Below are positions 58,149 through 64,000 of a DNA stretch of 64,000 nucleotides, in pieces. The notes beneath the pieces were generated by a model. The model did no database searches. It was not told where the DNA came from and saw only the letters and a program-made list of their open reading frames with translations. This DNA is from Armatimonadota bacterium. Its GTDB lineage: Bacteria > Armatimonadota > UBA5829 > DTLH01. Location of the stretch: the NCBI GenBank assembly GCA_038207085.1, contig JBBRAE010000004.1:107361-171360 (forward strand). The letters run 5' to 3'. Position numbers and translations under genes: made by a program. Positions within the stretch are counted from its first letter, which is position 1, and the number at the start of each line of letters is the position of its first letter.

Positions 58149-58552
58149 CCGCTTGCGAGGTTGCGCAGGTCGGTCGTCTTTCGCGCTTCCATCATCTGCT
58201 CGATGCCGAGGAGCGGTTCAAGCGCCCGTATCAGGATTGCTTCGGCGACGCCTTCTGGGCGGGTGACGGCGTTTACGCACCAGTGTGTGTGGATCATATA
58301 GATATAGGCGTGTCCGGGCGGCCCGAACATCGCCGCGTTTCGCCGGGTCATGCCCCGGTTGGCGTGGCAGGTGGGGTCGTCGGTCAGATAGGCTTCGGCC
58401 TCGACAATTCTGCCCGCAACCACTCCCGTCGCAGTCTCGTGCACCAGAATCTGACCGATAAGCCTGCGCGCGACGGTGAGCGTATCCTCTATATAGAACT
58501 CCCGGCCAATCACCGGGGCGCGTAGCACATCCACAACATCCATTTGTCTCAT
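58143..58552 (-). pseudogene. mpg: 3-methyladenine DNA glycosylase, C-terminally truncated
   Basis: GRIVEAEAY, MFGPPGHAYIY, AILIRALEP; similarity ends at LASGP. Confidence 0.8.
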
Positions 58553-58620
58553 AGTTATATATACGCGTCCGCGTGACCTCCAATATCACATTGGTCAGCC
58601 GAAATACTGACCGGCTAACC

Positions 58621-58647
58621 GTAGGGGCGGACCAATGTGTCCGCCCT
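58621..58647 (+). repeat. Single GTAG-type REP
   Basis: Identical to GTAGGGGCGGACCAATGTGTCCGCCCT at 49633. Confidence 0.85.
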
Positions 58648-58702
58648 CCCCCGGCTGCGATAAATCCCCCGTCACCCACACTTTGCGCTCCCCCGCAATA
58701 TT

Positions 58703-58720
58703 ATGTGAAACACATCACAA
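58703..58720. promoter_or_regulatory. Putative Rex operator (distal)
   Basis: ATGTGAAACACATCACAA vs consensus TTGTGAA-N4-TTCACAA. Confidence 0.55.
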
Positions 58721-58794
58721 AGCCTCATCCGTAATGGAATTATAGGTATACGGGAAAGATACAATGAAAATCTCCATAAACACCTTAAAACCTG

Positions 58795-58823
58795 TTGACG
58801 AACCCTTAAATGGTGGATATACT
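58795..58823 (+). promoter_or_regulatory. sigma70 promoter upstream of the hydrogenase operon
   Basis: TTGACG-17 nt-TATACT. Confidence 0.7.
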
Positions 58824-59001
58824 GAAGTCAAGGATGCCTGCATGGAGTGGACAGTCGGCGGATCGTCTTTGTCCGGATCGTGGCGTTCTTTTTGTGGCAA
58901 ACTCCTTCGTAAATGGTGCTTTATGCCATTTTCATTCCCATCGCCGTGAAACTGGCAGCAGTGCCGCTTTTTGCACTGCGAGAAGTTTCGGCGGCGATTC
59001 C

Positions 59002-59019
59002 TTGTGAAAAAACTCACAA
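59002..59019. promoter_or_regulatory. Putative Rex operator (proximal)
   Basis: TTGTGAAAAAACTCACAA, one mismatch to the Rex consensus. Confidence 0.75.
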
Positions 59020-59130
59020 TCGCGGCGGGGAAATTCCCTTCGTGTGAATGGTTCTTAAGTTATACTCGCTTCTGCTCAAGTAAATATGCCGGGATATCCC
59101 GGAATAGGATTCAGGGAGGATACGCTTGAC

Positions 59131-59493
59131 ATGAAAACCTTGGAAGACCTTAAGAGGGTCAAGGAAGAAGCCCTCGCCGCTATGAAGCTCCGAGACAGCG
59201 GATCGCGCTGCAAGGTCGTCATCGCGATGGGCACCTGTGGGATCGCGGCAGGCGCGCGCGAGGTTATGTCCGCCATCTTGGACGAACTCGAAAAGCGCGG
59301 ACTCGCCGACGTAGCAGTCACCCAGACCGGCTGCAAAGGGCTCTGCGACCGCGAGCCTATGCTAGACATCATCAAACCCGACCAGCCCGCAATCACCTAC
59401 GGAAACATCACCCCCGACAAAGCCCGAACCATCGTAGCCCAGCACATCGCAAACGACAGCGTCGTAAGCGATTGGGTAGTGAGGTCGGTGTAG
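59131..59493 (+). CDS. hndB: Thioredoxin-like [2Fe-2S] ferredoxin subunit of [FeFe]-hydrogenase (HndB/HydD-like)
   Basis: MGTCGIAAGAR, TGCKGLCDREP motifs; GGAGG SD. Confidence 0.85.
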   Translation: MKTLEDLKRVKEEALAAMKLRDSGSRCKVVIAMGTCGIAAGAREVMSAILDELEKRGLADVAVTQTGCKGLCDREPMLDIIKPDQPAITYGNITPDKARTIVAQHIANDSVVSDWVVRSV

Positions 59494-59514
59494 GGGAGTG
59501 TAAAGTGGGAGGTC

Positions 59515-59673
59515 GATCGTTCGGGAGATTGCTCCATATGATCGGTTGGGATATGTATCCCGACCGAAACAGAAGAAAGAGGACTTAAGTCCGGGAAATG
59601 GGCAATAGCCCGTTCACCGGGAGCTAAGCTCCCTCATTCTTCTTTGCGTGCGCGATACACATCGCACACGATC
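59515..59673 (-). repeat. Repeat family B, copy 3 (composite ends)
   Basis: Reverse complement carries the end modules of both copy 1 and copy 2. Confidence 0.9.
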
Positions 59674-59700
59674 GGGGATTCGGAGTCGTGAGATAGGTGC

Positions 59701-59753
59701 AACCGCCATCCTGAGCGTGAAGCAGTCGAAGGGTGAGCGACCACAATCTCCCA
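59701..59753 (-). repeat. Repeat family C, partial copy
   Basis: AACCGCCATCCTGAGC...GTCGAAGGGTGAGCGA matches parts of 28691-28755 and the reverse of 7936-7979. Confidence 0.7.
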
Positions 59754-59858
59754 ACTCTAGTCAGCCCGGCCCCGGCCCTGACCACTTTACGCTAGATAAC
59801 TCTGACAGCTAATGGCTAATAGCTAACAGCTAATAGCCCTCCCAAAGGAGGCAAAACT

Positions 59859-60356
59859 TTGGAAAGTAAGGAATGTGCCTGCAAAACGGCGGCAGGAAAC
59901 GGCGGTTACGTCGACCTGATCCGCACGTTTGGGCAGACCAAAGAAAACCTTATACCCGCGCTGCACACCATCCAGGATAAGCTTGGATACCTGCCCGGCG
60001 CGGCGATGCAGGAACTGTCCGACTGGCTCGGCGTCCCCATTTCGGACGTCTACGGCACCGCGACGTTCTATACACTCTTCTCAACCGAGCCCAAGGGCCG
60101 CTACGTCATCAGGCTCTGCGATTCACCACCCTGTCACCTCGAAGGAAGCAAGTCTATCAAGTCAGCTATCCAATCGGCAATCGGCGTCCCGCCCGGCGAG
60201 ACCACTGAGGACGGAGACTTCACCTTCGAGATAGTGAGCTGCCTTGGACTCTGCGGAGTCGCCCCGGCCATTATGATCAACGACGACGTCTACGGCAATC
60301 TAGCGCCTGAGATGATCGGTGGGATCATCGACAAATATCGCGCGAAGGAGGCATAA
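59859..60356 (+). CDS. hndA: NuoE-like [2Fe-2S] hydrogenase subunit (HndA/HydC)
   Basis: YGTATFY, CDSPPC, CLGLC..AP motifs. Confidence 0.9.
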   Translation: MESKECACKTAAGNGGYVDLIRTFGQTKENLIPALHTIQDKLGYLPGAAMQELSDWLGVPISDVYGTATFYTLFSTEPKGRYVIRLCDSPPCHLEGSKSIKSAIQSAIGVPPGETTEDGDFTFEIVSCLGLCGVAPAIMINDDVYGNLAPEMIGGIIDKYRAKEA

Positions 60357-60357
60357 G

Positions 60358-61974
60358 GTGTCTTTTTATCGAGCTCATGTTCTAGTATGTAACGGCACCC
60401 CGTGCCTACTTAAAGGGAGCGCCGCAGTGCAGGCCGCGCTGGTCGACGAGGTCAAACGCCGCGGCCTCGACAGTGAGATCAAGGTGGTCGAAACCGGGTG
60501 CCTGGGCATCAGCGAGTGCGGCCCCGTGATGGTCGTCTACCCCGAAGGGACGACCTACGTCCACGTCGGAGTCGCTGACATCCCCGAGATCGTCGAGGAG
60601 CACCTCTTGAAGGGCCGAATAGTCGACCGTCTGCTCTACAGGGAGAAGACCGCAAGTGTCACGCGTGGACCCGTCCACACCCGCGCAAAAGAGCAGCGCA
60701 TCGTTCTCAAAAACACCGGTGTGATCGACCCGACATCAATCACCGAGTATATCGCGGTCGGTGGCTACGAAGCGCTCGGTAAGGCGCTTACGGAGATGCG
60801 TCCGGTCGATGTGGTAGAGACGATTAAAGCCTCAGGCCTCAAAGGTCGAGGCGGCGCGGCGTTCCCGGCAGGCGTCAAGTGGGAACTGACCGCCAACTCC
60901 TGCGGGACCGATAAAGCGATCGTCTGCAACGCCGACGAAGGCGAGCCCGGCAACTTCAAAGACCGCCTCATTCTTGAAGGCGACCCGCACTCCATCATCG
61001 AAGCGATGATCATCGCAGGCTACGCCGTCGGCGCAAAGCAGGGCTACGTCTACATCAGGGGCGAATACCAGCAGTCGGTCGAACACTTGGAGCGAGCAAT
61101 CGCCGCCGCCGGGGCCTACGAGCTATTGGGTGAGAACATCCTCGGAAGCGGCTTCGACTTCGACATCAAGGTCTTCAAAGGCGCGGGCGCTTATGTCTGC
61201 GGCGAGGAGACGGCCTTGATCGAGTCTATCGAAGGCATGCGCGGCGAGCCTCGAATGAAGCCGCCGTATCCTGGAACGTCCGGGTACCTCGGCAGACCGA
61301 CCGTGATCAACAACGTCGAGACACTTGCAAACGTCCCACAGATCATACTAAACGGCGCAGCGTGGTACGCCTCGATCGGCACGGAGATGAGCAAGGGGAC
61401 CAAGATATTCTCCCCCTGCGGTGACGTGCTCCTGCCCGGGGTTTACGAGGTGCCGTTCGGAACGACCATGCGCGAGGTCATCTACGAGATGGCCGGTGGG
61501 ATGAAGTCGGGGCTTGGCTTTAAAGCAGCCTTGATCGGCGGCCCCTCGGGGATCATCGTCGGCAAGGAGTCGCTGGACCGCAGCTTCGCATTTGAGGACC
61601 TGCCGCCCGGCGCGGGAGCGCTGATCGTGATGGACGAGAGCCGCTGCATCGTCGATGTGATCCAGAACTGCGCCCAGTTCTTCCTCCATGAGTCCTGCGG
61701 GCAGTGCGTGCCGTGTCGGGAAGGGACCAAGCGGCTGCACGAGACCTTGAGCTGGTGGGCCGCCGGGGCAGGAGGCCCCTCGGACCTGGAGCTCGTGAAA
61801 GATCTCGGGGATATGATGTCCATCGCATGCAAGTGCGGCCTTGGGCAGTTCGCGGTGACGGCTTTCAGGACGAGCCTGCCGCTCTTTGAAGCTGAGTATC
61901 GCGCTCACGTCGTCGACCGGGTCTGCCCGGCTGGCGTCTGTGAGATGGACAAGTGCACAAGTGAGGTCGCATAG
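60358..61974 (+). CDS. hndC: NuoF-like FMN/NAD(P)H-binding hydrogenase subunit (HndC/HydB)
   Basis: GRGGAAFP, NADEGEPG, GAYVCGEETAL, ESCGQCVPCREG motifs; GTG start. Confidence 0.92.
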   Translation: MSFYRAHVLVCNGTPCLLKGSAAVQAALVDEVKRRGLDSEIKVVETGCLGISECGPVMVVYPEGTTYVHVGVADIPEIVEEHLLKGRIVDRLLYREKTASVTRGPVHTRAKEQRIVLKNTGVIDPTSITEYIAVGGYEALGKALTEMRPVDVVETIKASGLKGRGGAAFPAGVKWELTANSCGTDKAIVCNADEGEPGNFKDRLILEGDPHSIIEAMIIAGYAVGAKQGYVYIRGEYQQSVEHLERAIAAAGAYELLGENILGSGFDFDIKVFKGAGAYVCGEETALIESIEGMRGEPRMKPPYPGTSGYLGRPTVINNVETLANVPQIILNGAAWYASIGTEMSKGTKIFSPCGDVLLPGVYEVPFGTTMREVIYEMAGGMKSGLGFKAALIGGPSGIIVGKESLDRSFAFEDLPPGAGALIVMDESRCIVDVIQNCAQFFLHESCGQCVPCREGTKRLHETLSWWAAGAGGPSDLELVKDLGDMMSIACKCGLGQFAVTAFRTSLPLFEAEYRAHVVDRVCPAGVCEMDKCTSEVA

Positions 61975-63741
61975 ATGTCTAAGATCACACTGACTATAAA
62001 CGGACAACCCGTGGTTGCAGAGGAAGGGATGACTATCCTTGAGGCCGCGAAGAGCGTTGGGATCCACATCCCGACGCTCTGCTATCACCCCGATCTCAGG
62101 GTCGAAGGAGTCTGTCGCATCTGCGTGGTGGAAGTTAAGGGGCAGCGGCTCCTGCAGCCCTCGTGCGCTTATCCCGTCGCCGATGGGATGAGCATTCAGA
62201 CCCACTCGCCGCAGGTGCGCTCGGCGCGGCGGCTTATCACCGAGCTTATGCTCGCAAACCACCCGCAGGACTGCCTTACGTGCGTGCGCAGCCAGAAGTG
62301 TGAGCTTCAGAAGCTCGCGCAGGAGCTTGGCATCCAGCATGTGGAGTTTAGGGGCGAGCGCAAGATATGGCCGACCGACGACTCCAGCGCCTCTATCGTG
62401 CGGGACCCGGAAAAGTGCATTCTCTGCAAGCGATGCCTGCGGGTGTGTCACGACATCCAGAGCGTTGGGTCGCTTACGGCGTCGGGTCGCGGATGGGACT
62501 CTACTATCGGGACGGCGCTTGGGCGCGAGCTTGTGGACGCGGTGTGCGTTAACTGCGGGCAGTGTATCAACAGGTGCCCCACAGGCGCGCTTCGAGAAAA
62601 AACCCACATCGACGGTGTCTGGGCGGCGCTTTCTGACCCGAAAAAGCACGTCGTCGTGCAGACCGCGCCTGCCGTGCGTGCGGCGCTTGGTGAGGAGTTC
62701 GGGATGGCTCCCGGCTCCCGGGTCACAGGCAAGATGGTGACGGGACTGCGCCAGCTCGGGTTCGACCGGGTCTTTGACACCGACTTTACAGCCGACCTCA
62801 CCATTATGGAAGAGGGAAGCGAGCTTATAGAACGCATTACGCAGGGTGGGGTGCTGCCGCAACTTACGTCGTGCTCGCCGGGATGGATCAAGTTCATTGA
62901 GTATTTCTACCCTGAGCTGCTGCCGCATGTGTCTACATGTAAGAGCCCGCAGCAGATGTTTGGGGCCCTGGCTAAGACGTACTATGCTGAAAAAGAAGGG
63001 GTGGACCCCAAGGACATTGTGAGCGTCTCGATTATGCCTTGCGCGGCGAAGAAGTTCGAGGCCGAGAGGCCGGAGATGGCTGACTCGGGCTATCAGGACG
63101 TCGACTACGTGCTGACGACTCGCGAGCTTGGACGGATGATGCACGAGGCCGGGATCGACCTCACGACCCTTGAAGACAGCGCGTATGATGACCCGCTTGG
63201 GGTGTCGACCGGCGCGGCGGTGATCTTTGGGAACACCGGGGGCGTCATGGAAGCGGCGCTTCGGACGGCTTATGCGATTATAACCGGCACCGAGCTCGAA
63301 CACGTGGAGATCGAGGCGGTGCGCGGGATGGACGGCGTGCGATCTGCGACGGTGCAGGTGGGCGACGTGGCTGTGAAGGCGGCGATCGCGCACGGGCTTG
63401 CCAACGCTCGGGATATCCTGGAAGGGATCAAGGACGGGCGCTTCAGCGACTACCACTTCATCGAGATGATGTGCTGCCCGGGCGGGTGCATCGGCGGCGG
63501 TGGTCAGCCTCAGCCGACGAACGAAGAGATCAGAAAAGCGCGCACGGCTGCTATCTATGATGAGGACGCCGGGATGAATGTTCGCAAGAGCCACGAAAAC
63601 CCCGCGGTCCAGAAGCTCTACAAGGAGTTTTTGGGCGAGCCGCTCAGTCACAAGAGCCATGAGCTGCTGCATACGCACTACACTCCAAGATCGACCGATG
63701 GTGAGCCTGAGAAGAAGGCCATCAAGATCAAGGTGGAGTAA
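61975..63741 (+). CDS. hndD: [FeFe]-hydrogenase catalytic subunit (group A; HndD/HydA)
   Basis: N-terminal 2Fe-2S, His-ligated and 2x4Fe-4S motifs; H-cluster motifs TSCSPGW, MPCAAKKFE, EMMCCPGGCIGGGGQP. Confidence 0.96.
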   Translation: MSKITLTINGQPVVAEEGMTILEAAKSVGIHIPTLCYHPDLRVEGVCRICVVEVKGQRLLQPSCAYPVADGMSIQTHSPQVRSARRLITELMLANHPQDCLTCVRSQKCELQKLAQELGIQHVEFRGERKIWPTDDSSASIVRDPEKCILCKRCLRVCHDIQSVGSLTASGRGWDSTIGTALGRELVDAVCVNCGQCINRCPTGALREKTHIDGVWAALSDPKKHVVVQTAPAVRAALGEEFGMAPGSRVTGKMVTGLRQLGFDRVFDTDFTADLTIMEEGSELIERITQGGVLPQLTSCSPGWIKFIEYFYPELLPHVSTCKSPQQMFGALAKTYYAEKEGVDPKDIVSVSIMPCAAKKFEAERPEMADSGYQDVDYVLTTRELGRMMHEAGIDLTTLEDSAYDDPLGVSTGAAVIFGNTGGVMEAALRTAYAIITGTELEHVEIEAVRGMDGVRSATVQVGDVAVKAAIAHGLANARDILEGIKDGRFSDYHFIEMMCCPGGCIGGGGQPQPTNEEIRKARTAAIYDEDAGMNVRKSHENPAVQKLYKEFLGEPLSHKSHELLHTHYTPRSTDGEPEKKAIKIKVE

Positions 63742-63765
63742 TAGGCTGCTTATTTGGGCCTTTAT

Positions 63766-63813
63766 GCGAAACGAAATCCCTCCTGGCTTGAGCTTGGGGG
63801 GATTTCGTTTTGT
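63766..63813 (+). terminator. Rho-independent terminator of the hydrogenase operon
   Basis: AAACGAAATCCC/GGGATTTCGTTT stem followed by a T-rich run. Confidence 0.75.
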
Positions 63814-63965
63814 CGGTTTTTGTATGATGGGCTCATTTGTTTCCTGAACCACTGAGGTGATGAATGTTTTGAGGGCACTGAATGTCTTCACTTGGTGATG
63901 TCTCCTTTCTGGTGAGTTGGCTGTGGTGCTGGTGTATAGCCTCTGGATGGCTTCGGGGTTGGTAT

Positions 63966-63991
63966 GGAGTGCGGCATCTTGATGCCGCTTT
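63966..63991 (+). repeat. GGAG-type REP-like palindrome
   Basis: GGAGTGCGGCATCTTGATGCCGCTTT; single copy in window. Confidence 0.55.
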
Positions 63992-64000
63992 GTTTTTCGG

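Overview
A 64 kb stretch of bacterial chromosome, GC-rich by eye (about 60%), from a probable anaerobe or facultative anaerobe. The gene order is Terrabacteria-like and resembles Armatimonadota, but that is an unverified inference. From left to right it holds: (1) a minus-strand operon of six uncharacterised genes, four of them a DUF6754-anchored set of integral membrane proteins, behind a perfect consensus promoter; (2) an orphan PAS histidine kinase and a LacI regulator; (3) a Wzx/Wzy surface-polysaccharide locus followed by rfbA-rfbC-rfbB; (4) a tandem pair of Cys-rich U32-family proteins; (5) housekeeping blocks (CBS/hemolysin, dgkA, ybeY, 7TM-HD, yqeY, rpsU, HIT, mtaB; ffh, rpsP, khpA, ylqD, rimM, trmD, rplS, lepB, rnhB, yraN; nadK, recN, steA, steB-like); (6) 2-oxoacid:ferredoxin oxidoreductase subunits, a GH31 glycosidase and a fused mpg/LacI double pseudogene; (7) a Rex-boxed four-gene [FeFe]-hydrogenase operon whose flavoprotein looks non-bifurcating. 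Intergenic DNA is crowded with at least five families of palindromic repeats, including an 81-bp MITE with 4-bp CTAR target duplications. I found no rRNA, tRNA, CRISPR array or transposase. All calls come from motif recognition by eye; no searches were run.
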